A stretch of 64,000 nucleotides of DNA from Asterionella formosa (Eukaryota), in assembly GCA_002256025.1 (NCBI GenBank), contig NKIB01012981.1, positions 1 through 64,000 on the forward strand, in the 5' to 3' direction. Positions 36,120 through 48,270 of this stretch are shown here, piece by piece (positions within the stretch are counted from its first letter, which is position 1; each line of letters starts with the position of its first letter). The notes under the pieces are model-generated. The model had not been told where the DNA came from and made no database searches. It saw only the letters and a program-made list of their open reading frames with translations. A program made the translations under genes and the position numbers.

Positions 36120-39100
36120 ATGCCATCTTCATTGGGAAGAATGGGAATGGAAACAGAAAGCACGAACGAAGTGGCAATTGCATCCCACCGTCGAACAATT
36201 GAAGTTCTATCTGATGCGACTAATTTAGCTGAATCCCTGGGCTCCCTCCCTTCGCTTGTCTGCTTGGAATCCAACCAAGAGGCCATCCAGGACTTTCCTC
36301 CATCCCTCAATGTACCCAATCGAAGTCCCCATACCTTGTTTACGAAATTAGAGAAGCTAGATTCGCTGCAAGATGAGACGAATCTTGAACAAGGCATCCT
36401 TTGCCAGCTCACGCAACTTGTCGACGGTCGAGTGCATTTCTCGAAAGCGCAGGCCCTGGACTCACTCGCAAACTTGGGGGCTGCTATTCCACGTCGGGTT
36501 TGTCAACATCCATTTAGACGCAATGACATTGTCTGGGTTTGTCGAACCTGCCAAGCGGACGAAACATGCGTTCTGTGCCATGATTGTTTCAAGGGATCCA
36601 ACCACGAAGGCCACGATGTTGCCTTTTATCACGCGCAAGCTGGTGGGTGTTGCGACTGCGGAGATCCTGATGCGTGGGACGAGGCTGGATTTTGTGCAAA
36701 TCATGGTCCTTTGACGGAAGGGTCGAGGGGTTTGCCAGAAATAATGGTCGATCGTGTCAGAGGGATTGTCCCTGCGGCGGTTGAGTGGCTGGTGAGCCAA
36801 ATTGTTGTTCAAGCTGCGAAATCGCACCAGCGAACGAAACTTCCGAATGCTGATGTGCAAGTGGATGTGAATCCGAGACAACGGAGTTTCAACGCGAGTG
36901 TCGACGAGTTAAACGACATCGACGACGGGATTATGATTGACCACGGGTTCGTCTTTCTGCCTTCGGCTGCTTCAAACTCAAGGTCTCGAGGGGAAGGCGT
37001 ATTTCGCGTACCATCTTCTCGCAATGAATGGACGACTGCTGAAAAATTAGGCAAAGTAGGGAGCGAGGAAGGAGGCCTTTATCTCATCGTCCATGGCGAC
37101 GATATTCAGACGACGTCTCAATGGGTCGATGCGCTCAGGGATGTTTTCGGGGGACCGTTCTATACCGATGCTCTCCTTACAAGAGTGGTGAAAAATTTAC
37201 GGATACATGGACAGTTAGTGGTGTGGGGGACCCATGAACTCATCAGCGAAATGACAGTTGCACAAATGCAATGTTGGCAGGATGGCGACCGTGTGGCTAG
37301 TGGTCTGATCGGAGCAGCGTTATTGGACAGAACATCCCGACTCGTCAGGAATGGCATTGTATGCTCCATTTCAACTCGACTGGATTTGCAATGGGAACAG
37401 CGAGCAGTTGCCCTACTCGATTGGCTGACTGCACTGGCGAGATCTTGCGATCCGCTTTGCCAGACTGTAGCAGAGACCATCACACCACAGCATTTGGAGC
37501 CCATGCTTAAGGCCGACTTTCAACTTTCCGCAAGAATAACCAAGGCGTGGCATTCTCTTTTGCTGACCCTTTTGGCTGTTCCAACCTTCAAGTCTCACCT
37601 TGCTGCTGCATATTGTGATACGTATCAACACGTGACAGCCGAATATGCCAAAGGCATGGGTGTTTTGGAAAGGAGTGGATACACGTTGAGTGTACAGTTC
37701 TTGAATCGAGTTACCTACGTTGTCGATCTTGTCCAACACAGAGACTTATTGGGCAAACTTGGGAGGTCATTAAGAGAAACTTTGGCAGTAGCTTTAGGAA
37801 GCAACGGTCGACTGGACCCGAACCATTTTTGCCTCACACATCGACGATATTCACCGTGTATCTCAGACCTGAAGTGTGTTTTAAATGTGAAAGGTATGGC
37901 CCGACTGTTTGCAAGTAAGGCCGGTTCCTTCTTGAATGACTGGCTTGCCTGCCTCAGTTTGGCTCAATTCATGGACGGGCAGGTTTGGAGGGAAGTATCT
38001 CAAGGTCACGTTGAGAATGATCCCCGAGGTTGGGTCGGCGCTTTTAATGCTAGTATAAGCTTGGGTTCGCTGTTCGAGCGCCTTTTGAGTTGGAACGACG
38101 ACGACCAATCACCGGCACCCGACTCTATACTGTCACAAAATACTCAACCTGCAGTAGATCTGACCCTGTATTGCTTTGCAGGACTTGTCCGCTGGCAACG
38201 TTCAGAAGAACTCAAATATTTGCCAACTTCAAATTCAGTGGAATTGGATGACAACAGCAAGTGTCCAGCCAGACTACCGTTCTCAACAATTGCCGTAATC
38301 CATGGTAGTCCACTCTGTTTAAATGCATTACCTGTGGCACAGACGACTCCTTGGTCTTTTCATCTTCCCTTGCATCGATTTGTTGCTGCGTGTGTGCGAG
38401 AAGTTTGCCGACGACGAACGAATGGTATGGAAATGATTTTTCAATCACTGAGTGCGATTTCTGTTGAGGAGCTGGATAAATTATTCTCGAGTTTAATGGA
38501 ATTTCCACTATTGGTGTTGTCGAAAGCTGCACAAGTTCGGTCGGGAATGTGGCGACGGAACGGATCATGCATGCAAGACCAAGTGCTAAACTACGCCGAA
38601 CCTCCGTTTTGTCGATCATTACGAGATGCAGACGTCCTGTTACTTCAATTTTCCGCGATTGGTAGAGGCACATCCGATTTAGTTCACCTTCTACTTCATC
38701 GATTCGGTCTTTTTGATTTTTTGGGCTTTTCTAATGCTCCAATGGCCAACAAGGAAATGTATCAGCAACAGGTAGAGTCGGGGTTGTATCCAGAAGAGAT
38801 CCGAGAGTTGGAGCCAGTCATCGTCTATCCATGGACTTTCACTGCAGCAAGTGAGGTTAGCTATTGTTTGCCACTCTTGGAAGAATTTCTACATTTGTTA
38901 ATTGTCCTTTTGACAGAACTTCCGCCTGTGCCACCTGTCGATAAGGCCGATCATACGTTGCAAGCTAAGGAGCGTTTGCGCCGCGAAGTTATTCATCGAC
39001 TAGCCTCTGGATCAAAGACACATTCCGAGCTCGCTGAGGTGCACCACGTATTGTCCCACTGGGACAATGCCTTCCTCAGCGAGGAAGGCCGAGAGGTAAA

Positions 39101-42100
39101 TCCCGACGATGCTTCCGGTGCTGCATTGGCGGCAACTTTAGCAGACGTGGCAGAAAAAAGAACCAATCGTCTGGATATGTCGCCTGACAAGTGGGAACTC
39201 CAGCGTTCCGCATGGGAGGACTACGATCCTTCCTTTTTTCATATGTCTGGACGTAACCACCAAAGTGCAGCAGAAAGTCGTCCAAAGATACCAATGGATC
39301 CTGCGAGCGACTACGGAATTGAACCCCGATGTTATGCTTGCAGGATACCTCGTGGCTTTCATCCCAGCTTCCGTCGACTTCAACGTGATATCACCGCTGA
39401 CGCATCGGTGCGATCCATCTTATATCGGACACTTCATGTGCACATGCAAAATAGTGATTTCACGAAGAATTTAACGGGTGTTCGAGGTACAATGGCGTAC
39501 AACGCTAACGCACGAAGCGAGCTAGCCCTAGCTCGAGCTGTCCACTTGTTGACGCTTGGAGCGTTGGCTTGGGCCGAGGCAGACAATCATAACAACTATG
39601 ACTGGAAACTGGATGGAGGCAGCTTTGCTGGAAGTATATTCTTCGGTCGGAGTGAAGCTCCGACATGTTCTGATTGGATTAATCTAGTTCTTTTGACACC
39701 ACCTTCATTGGTGATGGACAGCGACGCATACTCTGACGAGGAAAATTCCCTGCAACTCCTCCGACGAATTGTAAATGGAGGAAGGAAAAACAGCGAGCTT
39801 CAAGTTCAAGATCAAGCGCTGAGGGCTGGAGCAGCGTGGTTGTGTGAATTCGCCGTCCAGCGAAGTGTTGATGCAGCCAAAGAGGTTGGAATCAAGAAAG
39901 AAAGAAAGTCAGAAACTGTAACCGAAGCTGATGTTGAATCTGAGTTGGCTCGCAGAAAACGAGAGGCGAAGGCCCGAGCCATGGGACAAATGAAAAGCCA
40001 AGCTGCTCGGTTTGAGGCTATGATGAAACTCGAATCGAAAGGGGACGATGGCGAAGATAATATCTCCAGTGAACCATCTACCACCCAACCTCAGTCTCCT
40101 ATAGACGATGGCGAAACGTCGTCTGTCAAGTCGACAAGCCAAGCTTCACTTGACAGTTTCGAGTTCGCGTCGTCGCCAAGTACAAAGCAGCGTTCACGAA
40201 GCAGTTCCTTCGCCTCTCCCCTGGTGCCTCCTGGGATGGCAAGATCATCAAGTATCCAAGAGAAAGAAGTTCCCTCTCGCCTCCTCGTCAATAGACCTCA
40301 TTGTATAATTTGCAATGACGACTCAGCCACCACACGATCTCGAGAGACCGAAATGGCTATTTCGCGCAGTGACGACGAAGATGGCCAAAGAAAAAGGAGC
40401 AGAAGGAAATCAGGAGCCAATGCGCTTGCGTTCGTTGGTTATACCCAATGTAGTACAGTTCTAAAGGGTGGTGGTGGGCTTCCACCCGTTGTAGACGACC
40501 ACTCTCCGCTTGCCTCAGTACGGCGTTTTGTCGGAATCCATGTTGCACTTTGTGGCCACGCCGTACACAGCGAATGTTGCGAATCTTATTTGGAAACAGT
40601 TCTTCATCGCGAGGACAGATTGGTCGCCCGTCGAGAGGAATTCAAATGTCCTCTATGCCAACGATTGAGCAACTGTCTGGTACCATTTATAGACGTAGGT
40701 GCAGATTGGATAGATACTCCTTACTGCCTACCAATTGACGAGAATAAAGGTGATAGCATAATAGACGTGGACGGTAGGAAATTTGTGGCAAACACATCCT
40801 CCTTACAGACCTCATTACATGATTTCTTGGAAATCACACCATGGTGGATTGGTCGAGACGACCAATCGGTGGCATGGGATGGACAGAGCGCATTTGTTGC
40901 TGCTCAAACTCCTAACTGCGACGAAGTGGTAGATGACACTAACCAAACATCTGACATTGTCCCGTCAAAGCGACGACGAAGCGTCCGGTCACTTCGCAAG
41001 AAAGACTTGTACACTGCTTGGAATGCAATGATGAAAACGCCTCGATTCATTCGAAGGCGTCAGCTATCTAGAGCTAGCAGCATCGTTAGCGAAGAATACT
41101 CTGGCAATGATGTTACTGCTCGTGAACTCTCGCCTTCCTGGCCAAGCTCAGATGACTCATCAGCGGGAGAGACTGTTGTATGGAAGCGTTTCATGGACCT
41201 CATCAGCGATATGGGATACAAAGCAGATGGGAAGCGTCTCGGGGAGCATACTTTTGTCCAGTATTTTGGAGAGTTTCGACACTATCATGTTGAGAAAGCC
41301 GCCAGTAATGTTGCAAATCGTGCAGCTGGAAAAGAGCCCTCAGAATGGCCCGCTTGCTTGTCGTTGTCGTCTTTGAGTGATATGCGCCGCCAAGAACTGT
41401 CCAGAGAAAAAATCCTGGCCAAACTCCTCATTTCTATTCAATCTTTTGCTTACAGTTGCGGTGCAGAAGCCTTTGAAGTCAAACGACTTCTTCACAAAGA
41501 GCGGACATGCGGAAATGAAACCAACGACAAGTCAGATGAGATCCAGAAGATTTTGTCAACATACGGTATCGCTGACATTGATTGCGACGGTGCGTTTATT
41601 GTGATGCCGGGGCCTTCGATTGTCGATGACGGGACGCAGCCTTTCAATGGTCGTCTCGGGAAGTTGAGATACTTTGGTTTGGCACTGATGGCCGCGACGG
41701 GAGCTGTGTCAGCCGATTTGGTTCAGCTCGTCATGGGACTACCGTTCTCAAGTGAGTCCTGGGACGCACCGAAAGCACCCCCGAAAGACGGAGATCATCC
41801 GTTTCGAGCTCCTGTAGTATTCCCGATCCTATTGGGCCATGTCTTGACTCATGTTGTGGCCGCGATGTGTGCAACATGTGGTCGAGCACGAGCGCGCAGC
41901 GATTTTCTTGACTTGGTGTGGCCGGTTCCATTCAACAAAAAGGGAAGCTTTTCTGGTGTACCAAGCGACTCTTCATCAATGAATGCCGAAACAGTTACCA
42001 TCGACTGCGCTGGTTTCATCAAACTTGGTCTATTGGCTCGCATCTTGCAAGCTCTGCTAGGCAGCATGCAGGTTGAACCAGGATCAAATGGAGTTCGAAG

Positions 42101-43325
42101 AGTCCAATTGATCAAGTCGCTGAACCAAGCCTTGCAGGATCGCCCCAGCACTGAAGTTCCTGACCATGTGAGACAGTGGATGGAAGGATGTTTTTACCTA
42201 TTGGAGGCTGCGATGATACGAGAGCATCGATCGTCTATAGATCTGTCCGGGATGGGCTTGTCGGGACGAGACTTGATCAGTAGATTCCAAGTCGCGTGTG
42301 ATGTTGCTGCCAAAGTCGCAGCAGCCTACCTTTCAGACGTTGGAATTGTCTTCCAGATACTTGTCCCAGGTGCCCTTATACGACACGAGGCTAAATCTTG
42401 TTTCGCATTTGGAACCCTCCACAAAAGTGATTGCGTTTCAAGCGTCAATAGCTTACTGGAGAGACTCGAATTGGAACGCCTTCATATCATGCTTGACTCG
42501 ACACTCGTTCGCCATGTCGTTTCAAACTGGTTTGAAAATGCTTGCAAGCATTCTGAAAACTCTGAAGTGACCGAAATGGGAGATGGACTTTGCGCAATTG
42601 CTCAAAGTCGATTATTCCAAACGGAAGGCTTTAGAGTGCTAGACTGGCCATTGGCATCGCGCGAACATGGGAATGACGACTTCGGTGGCAACACCATTTT
42701 TCCCGAACCTAGCTCCTCTTCGAGCACTGGAAGTGAACCCAAGCACAGCAGTGGTACACAAATGGAAGTGGATCCCTTTCCACCGCTGATGCTACCTGCT
42801 CGCGCAGGGTATATAAGACAAGCCTCTGGATCTCCCGCCGCCATTGTTGCTAAAAAATCAGTGGAATTGCTTGGCGGTTACTATGAGAAGTATACATACA
42901 AGGGCAACCCTCATCGAAGATTGCTCAAACTACCAACTTCATACACTGACCTCTATGCCGAGCTCACTCGCTTGTGTCCGGACTGCGAGCAGATTGCTCT
43001 TTGTTTCATATGCGGCGAGGTATTGAATGCCAATGGCAAAGGCGAATGTACGCGTCACTCGTTCAAATGTGGTGCTGGTGCATCAATTTTCTTCCTCCTT
43101 CAGGAATGTCAAGGACTCATTATGCACGGAGGCAAGGCAGCGTATGTCCAGTCACCATATGTAGATAGCCATGGTGAGACTCCCCAGTTTCGTGGCCGGC
43201 CATTGAATTTGGACCTGGATCGATATGATTTATTTCGTGAACTGTGGAGTGGTCACTCGGTTCGTCAAAAGGTGGTGAGAGAAAGAGGAAGCTCACGGCA
43301 AGTGATTATTGCTGACTTTTATTAA
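36120..43325 (+). CDS. UBR-box N-recognin E3 ubiquitin ligase (UBR1/2/3, PRT6-like)
   Basis: 2401-aa ORF with a UBR zinc finger (CRTCQADETCVLCHDCF...HEGHD...GGCCDCGD.DAW...FC..H), split RING (CIIC...CGHAVH..C...FKCPLCQRLSN) and C-terminal SPYVDSHGE...RGRPLNLD. The start could be one of the next two Mets. Confidence 0.96.
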   Translation: MPSSLGRMGMETESTNEVAIASHRRTIEVLSDATNLAESLGSLPSLVCLESNQEAIQDFPPSLNVPNRSPHTLFTKLEKLDSLQDETNLEQGILCQLTQLVDGRVHFSKAQALDSLANLGAAIPRRVCQHPFRRNDIVWVCRTCQADETCVLCHDCFKGSNHEGHDVAFYHAQAGGCCDCGDPDAWDEAGFCANHGPLTEGSRGLPEIMVDRVRGIVPAAVEWLVSQIVVQAAKSHQRTKLPNADVQVDVNPRQRSFNASVDELNDIDDGIMIDHGFVFLPSAASNSRSRGEGVFRVPSSRNEWTTAEKLGKVGSEEGGLYLIVHGDDIQTTSQWVDALRDVFGGPFYTDALLTRVVKNLRIHGQLVVWGTHELISEMTVAQMQCWQDGDRVASGLIGAALLDRTSRLVRNGIVCSISTRLDLQWEQRAVALLDWLTALARSCDPLCQTVAETITPQHLEPMLKADFQLSARITKAWHSLLLTLLAVPTFKSHLAAAYCDTYQHVTAEYAKGMGVLERSGYTLSVQFLNRVTYVVDLVQHRDLLGKLGRSLRETLAVALGSNGRLDPNHFCLTHRRYSPCISDLKCVLNVKGMARLFASKAGSFLNDWLACLSLAQFMDGQVWREVSQGHVENDPRGWVGAFNASISLGSLFERLLSWNDDDQSPAPDSILSQNTQPAVDLTLYCFAGLVRWQRSEELKYLPTSNSVELDDNSKCPARLPFSTIAVIHGSPLCLNALPVAQTTPWSFHLPLHRFVAACVREVCRRRTNGMEMIFQSLSAISVEELDKLFSSLMEFPLLVLSKAAQVRSGMWRRNGSCMQDQVLNYAEPPFCRSLRDADVLLLQFSAIGRGTSDLVHLLLHRFGLFDFLGFSNAPMANKEMYQQQVESGLYPEEIRELEPVIVYPWTFTAASEVSYCLPLLEEFLHLLIVLLTELPPVPPVDKADHTLQAKERLRREVIHRLASGSKTHSELAEVHHVLSHWDNAFLSEEGREVNPDDASGAALAATLADVAEKRTNRLDMSPDKWELQRSAWEDYDPSFFHMSGRNHQSAAESRPKIPMDPASDYGIEPRCYACRIPRGFHPSFRRLQRDITADASVRSILYRTLHVHMQNSDFTKNLTGVRGTMAYNANARSELALARAVHLLTLGALAWAEADNHNNYDWKLDGGSFAGSIFFGRSEAPTCSDWINLVLLTPPSLVMDSDAYSDEENSLQLLRRIVNGGRKNSELQVQDQALRAGAAWLCEFAVQRSVDAAKEVGIKKERKSETVTEADVESELARRKREAKARAMGQMKSQAARFEAMMKLESKGDDGEDNISSEPSTTQPQSPIDDGETSSVKSTSQASLDSFEFASSPSTKQRSRSSSFASPLVPPGMARSSSIQEKEVPSRLLVNRPHCIICNDDSATTRSRETEMAISRSDDEDGQRKRSRRKSGANALAFVGYTQCSTVLKGGGGLPPVVDDHSPLASVRRFVGIHVALCGHAVHSECCESYLETVLHREDRLVARREEFKCPLCQRLSNCLVPFIDVGADWIDTPYCLPIDENKGDSIIDVDGRKFVANTSSLQTSLHDFLEITPWWIGRDDQSVAWDGQSAFVAAQTPNCDEVVDDTNQTSDIVPSKRRRSVRSLRKKDLYTAWNAMMKTPRFIRRRQLSRASSIVSEEYSGNDVTARELSPSWPSSDDSSAGETVVWKRFMDLISDMGYKADGKRLGEHTFVQYFGEFRHYHVEKAASNVANRAAGKEPSEWPACLSLSSLSDMRRQELSREKILAKLLISIQSFAYSCGAEAFEVKRLLHKERTCGNETNDKSDEIQKILSTYGIADIDCDGAFIVMPGPSIVDDGTQPFNGRLGKLRYFGLALMAATGAVSADLVQLVMGLPFSSESWDAPKAPPKDGDHPFRAPVVFPILLGHVLTHVVAAMCATCGRARARSDFLDLVWPVPFNKKGSFSGVPSDSSSMNAETVTIDCAGFIKLGLLARILQALLGSMQVEPGSNGVRRVQLIKSLNQALQDRPSTEVPDHVRQWMEGCFYLLEAAMIREHRSSIDLSGMGLSGRDLISRFQVACDVAAKVAAAYLSDVGIVFQILVPGALIRHEAKSCFAFGTLHKSDCVSSVNSLLERLELERLHIMLDSTLVRHVVSNWFENACKHSENSEVTEMGDGLCAIAQSRLFQTEGFRVLDWPLASREHGNDDFGGNTIFPEPSSSSSTGSEPKHSSGTQMEVDPFPPLMLPARAGYIRQASGSPAAIVAKKSVELLGGYYEKYTYKGNPHRRLLKLPTSYTDLYAELTRLCPDCEQIALCFICGEVLNANGKGECTRHSFKCGAGASIFFLLQECQGLIMHGGKAAYVQSPYVDSHGETPQFRGRPLNLDLDRYDLFRELWSGHSVRQKVVRERGSSRQVIIADFY

Positions 43326-45409
43326 TCCGTGAGTGTTGGCAGAACACCTGCGATAAGGCGATATTGAGTCAGTCTTTCCCATGTACTAAACTATTTAGTG
43401 GAATCAGTCTCGATATATATTTGCCGATGTTACAGCATGCAACTGCTGCCATAAACAAAGGGTACAAACTGATACAGCTCGGGTACAACAAACCATTGAG
43501 AAATACAGCATATTTCCTGAAACTTCTTGAGGCTTATCTCCCTTTACAAAAAATTATTAACAATTAGACTTATAATTAAGAAACTCCGCACTGTAGTAAA
43601 ATGCCACATATTTTCGATTGTTTATTACGTAAAAGTATCAGAGGAAAGGGCGGGAAATCGAAAAACATTGCCAAGATCTGCTTCACTGCGCCTACATAAA
43701 GGTGGGTGTAAACGAAACGAAGGCAAAGAGACCAGCGAAGGGATTCATTGCAGAGAAGAAAACCACGACTAAACCCAAGCACACACGGCGCAAAAACATG
43801 CATGGCAAGTATTCATGGCCGTTCACAAGGCCAACACCAACAACGGTGGCTACAATGGCTTGGGTGGATGAGACAGATTTACCCAAGAATGAGGCTGTGG
43901 ACCAAAAAAAAGAGGCAGCAAGCTCGCTGCGGGCTTCACGAGAAGGCGACAAGGGAGTCACTTTGAATCCGAGCGACTTTATGACCCTGTATCCTTAGGG
44001 AGAGCCAAACCAACAACGATACCTAAACCTCCTCAATAAGAAAGAACCCTCTTTTGCAAGGGGTACTTGGAGTCAACTTGACCGGACTGGTAGATAAAAA
44101 CAATAGCACTGACAGGGGCAATGGCGTTGGTCACTTCGTTGGCTCCATAAGCGAAGGAGTTCCGACAAGCCGTAAACAGTTGATTGTAACTGTAAAGGGT
44201 TTTTCAGAATGGGATTGATACATTTCTGCATTGTCACAAAGCCTCGCGGCTCCTTAGCTCTCGCACATAGATTGCACCCTGAGGTCCTGTCCAATCAGTT
44301 GTATCTCAATTTTTTGCGCTATGCTCGTTCTTGCTGAAGACTCAGGAGCAAATTCATTAGGTTCAACCACAAGGGTCAGTTCTGTTTCGCTCACAAACTC
44401 CGAGTCAATATCTGCATAGTCGCCTCCCTTGGAAAGATCATCAACAGTCTTTGTTAATTTGCCGTCCACAACGTCCTCAGGGGGGCACCTTCACCTGCTC
44501 CAAAATTGCCTCCCTTGGGTTCCGGGTGGTGAGGCAGACAACAAGCAGGTCTAAGGCCCTCTGGGGGGCCAAATGCGACTTCACAACCTCCACAATTTTC
44601 GAGTTCTTTAACAATAGCGTAGACTGTACTATAAAGTTAAAATACTTGATAATTTTTTCTGAAGATACCGGTATACCGTTAAGCTGCCGGGTACAAACCG
44701 GTTTATCATATCTTAGTGTACCCGAGTACCAGGTACCAGTATGTAAATATTTATTCTGGTACCAGGGACCGGTACTCCAGACTTCGGAGTATAAACATAA
44801 AAATGTATGATGTTTACAGCTACCGGGGGGGTACTTCAGGCAGATACCAGGTGGACGGCCATGTCATTGCTTGCTTTATCGTCATCAGCAAGCATTTCAA
44901 GCATCATCATCAGGCAACCAGATGGTCGTGTCTTGTTTTGCGAGAATTTCGACGAGAATTCTGCCCTTTTGATGCACGTCACCTTCGAGCCGCCCAATTT
45001 AAGCGAGGAGTGAATGAGTCAACTTTGTTGTGTTGAAATTTACCTCAATGAGATAATGCACGCGTGACTTCTTCACTTCTTGGTACATACCGTGTATTAG
45101 TGAACAAGTAGACCTACCGGTATGAAACTGGGCTATGATGTATGCTTCGATCTTCTTCCATGCAGAGCACGCTGATCAGGCCCAGCGTTCTCTCCTAGTA
45201 CCGGAACTACCTGTAATATCTATTATGAAGGAGTCCTATCGATAATTCTGAAGCAGATCACTACAAAAATATCGGTAGACTATTACAGGACGTGCAGAAC
45301 ATACAGGAGATCATAAACGCAACCTTGGACCAAAAGCCTAGTGGCATACAATTCACTGTTCCACTCCAACTTAGTATTCCAACTTTGACAAAGGCAGTCG
45401 TTATTAGAC

Positions 45410-47841
45410 ATGAAAGCGTCGAATCTCGCGTTGAGCGCGCTAATCGCTGCTGTGAGCTCGGATCCATTTGCAGCTGCCTTTGCTCCTGCTTCCTTCTCGA
45501 ACCGACCTTGGACAGCCAGCAACTTTCGACACGTTGCCAGTGTCGTCGTTTCCCCGCGAGAAGCACAGCTGCTGACTCAACTGAATCTCTCTGCTTCGGG
45601 CTTTATTGGAATGGACGAAGACGACGAGGACGAAGATGGTACGTGCCGTGTTGTACTTGACGCGAATCAGACCTTGATTCTGCCGACATTTCTCAGAATT
45701 CTTTGCCGAATGGCTCACCGACACATCGGACCTCTCCTGTTACAGACGAAGATGAAGACGACGAGGACGACGATTACAGCATGTCCACATATGCTGGAGC
45801 CAAATCGCCATTCACTGGAATGATTCTCGACCCGGACGATCCGAACCCCGTCATTCGCAGGCCCAGCAAGTTCTTTTCCGATCAAGTCGAACGAATTCCG
45901 GACGACCAGCTGGTGCAGACATTGACTCCTGCAGAACGCAAGGAGAATCTGGTAGTCTTGAGGCAGATACAGAAGTTTGACCTTCAAGATCTTCAGATGA
46001 GACGAGATCATGCAGGCTGGGTCGAAGCTAACAATGATTTGGAGCGACGTCTCGCGAGGGACCCGTGGTTCGGGGTCAATGAACGTCTCAGGGATGCTAT
46101 CCAGCTTGGCGAAGACGACGAAAAAGTTGACAACCTCCGAAAGCTGGCTATCCGACTAGGGGGACCTCCAGAGGGCATTGTCTTGGGCCCTCGCGGATAC
46201 GCAGTTCACACGGAAATTTATGACATTGGCGTATCCGAGGCGTCGGTCACCAACATGTTGGACTATGAGCTACGCCAAGAGCGAGCCGCTCGTGGACGCG
46301 CCATGATGTTGGAGCGATTGAAGAACCAAGAGAAGGACGATCAAGAATATAAGGAGGACCTCCGCAATCCTGGAGTCCGCGAGGACCGTGAGGCGAAGAT
46401 CCGACGTGAACGTGTCATGAAGCGTTTACTGGGCGAAATCGAGGAAGACACTAAGAAACGAAGAGAGCGGGCGAAGGATATATTGGGGAAGCTTCCTGAC
46501 ATTCCATCTCAATCTACTGAGTCTATTGCAAAGGCGCTCAAGGCTGCCCAAGAAGATGTCAAGAAGATACGTCGTCAGCAACTTGGCAAACCTGATGTTG
46601 ACAATGTCGACGAAACTGGGAGCTTTACCTCAACTCCCAAGCTCAAGTCTAGCGCGGACAAAGCTCGTGAGGCTGCAGCTGCCGAGGCTGCTGGAGGCCG
46701 ACCTCGCCTTCCCGGGGATAAGGATGTCACCCGCGGAGAGCTGGGATCATTGAAAATTGAGTCCTCGTCTACGACCACAACTGGTCCACTTACAGTTGAA
46801 GTCACTTCTACCTACAACAAGGAACAGTCCGACCCTCCAATGCGCAAACACTGCTTCCAATATACGATCAGAATCACCAACAACTCTGCTACCGACACAA
46901 TTCAGTTGCTCGGACGTCGTTTCGAAATTCAGACTGTCGGAAGCAGTATGAAAGATGTTGTACAGGGCGAAGGAGTCACTGGCCGTCAACCTATTTTGAA
47001 GCCCGGTGAGGTGTTTGAATACACTTCTACTGCTCCTTTGAGCGTGAGGCCAATTGGAACCACTATTATTGCTGCTCGAATGAGTGGTGAGTACCGCTAC
47101 ATTGCCTTGAACCCTGGACAGGAAACTGCTACTCCCGACCAGATTGAAAAAGGCGGTGATGTCACTGCCGCATTGGGCATGTTCCACTTTATCTTTCCTG
47201 AATCCCAACAAGTCACTCCATTCAAGCGAGCCGACGAAGAAGACGATGATGACGACGAAGACGATGATGATGACGTGTCTGTGAAACCAACTGCTGGTGT
47301 TCCTTCTCGTCCTGCCCCGAAGACTCCAACCGCTGTACCAGCATCATCTCTTCCTGGAGATGAGGACATGAAGACGGGAGATATCACTTCTGTGCTCAAT
47401 GATTCCTCTGACAGCATGACTGAAAATGTCCGTGTGCAAGTTTCTTCGTCGTACCGACCAGAAAGGTCCGATGCTGGAATGGAGAAGCATTGCTTTGCTT
47501 ACAACATTCGCATCACCAATGAGTCGAAGGATAGCATCCAACTTGTCTCGCGCCGTTTCGAAATTCAGACTATTGGAAGTGTTAACAAGGACGTGGTGCA
47601 AGGACCTGGTGTCACAGGCCGACAGCCAATACTTAAACCTGGAGAGAGCTTTGAGTATACGAGCACCGCACCGTTGAGCGTGCGACCAATGGTGGAAAAG
47701 ACCCCAGTCGTTGCACGGATGCAAGGAGAATATAACTTCGTTGTGATGGGTGCCGATGGTCAGACTCCAATCAGTTCGTCGCCTCTTCAGGCAAAATTGG
47801 GCACATTTCACTTTATCCTCCCTGCCCTTGATATTGCGTAA
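45410..47841 (+). CDS. Probable plastid-targeted protein with two tandem ApaG domains, 2 exons; intron 45639-45745
   Basis: Leader ...AAAF-AP (ASAFAP-like). A 107-bp GT...CAG intron with a CTCAC branch site restores the frame. Two copies of FxYxIRITN...QL..RRFEI...VQGxGVTGRQPILKPGExFEYTS. Confidence 0.88.
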
Positions 47842-47930
47842 AAGCGACCGTTTCACTCTCATTTCCGCGCTAGGTCAGTGGTTACTTTGACTCCGGAGAA
47901 ACAAGCTAATGAACATCACTTGAAAGCCGG

Positions 47931-48270
47931 TCGATTTGAATAGTTTGAACATAGCATATAGTAGTTGATACAAAAACGATTTGTGCTCATGAGTGAATGC
48001 GATGTTTCTAATATGGCTTTGAGACTTGCATTCAGTCAATTGTATTTTCCTCAGTAAAGTAAACAAAAGGGTAAGGCAGTGAGCAACCCCATTAGGCTCG
48101 ATTTGAATAGTTTGAACATAGAATATAGTAGTTGATAGAACAACGATTTGTGCTCATGAGTGAATGCGAAGTTTCTAAGATGGCTTTGAGACTTGCAATT
48201 AGTCTATTGTATTTTCCTCAGTAAAGTAAACAAGAGGGTAAGACAGTGAGCAACCCCATAAGGCTCAATT
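47931..48270. repeat. 167-bp tandem duplication
   Basis: TCGATTTGAATAGTTTGAACATAG... at 47931 and 48098; the copies differ by scattered substitutions only. Confidence 0.95.

Noticed and set aside
43500..44620. Possible TE or gene remnant with short ORFs
   Set aside because: Looks decayed, but I could not recognise any domain or termini.
45639..45696. Shorter intron (AG at 45695-45696) for the ApaG gene
   Set aside because: It leads to an in-frame stop; the acceptor at 45745 restores the long ORF.
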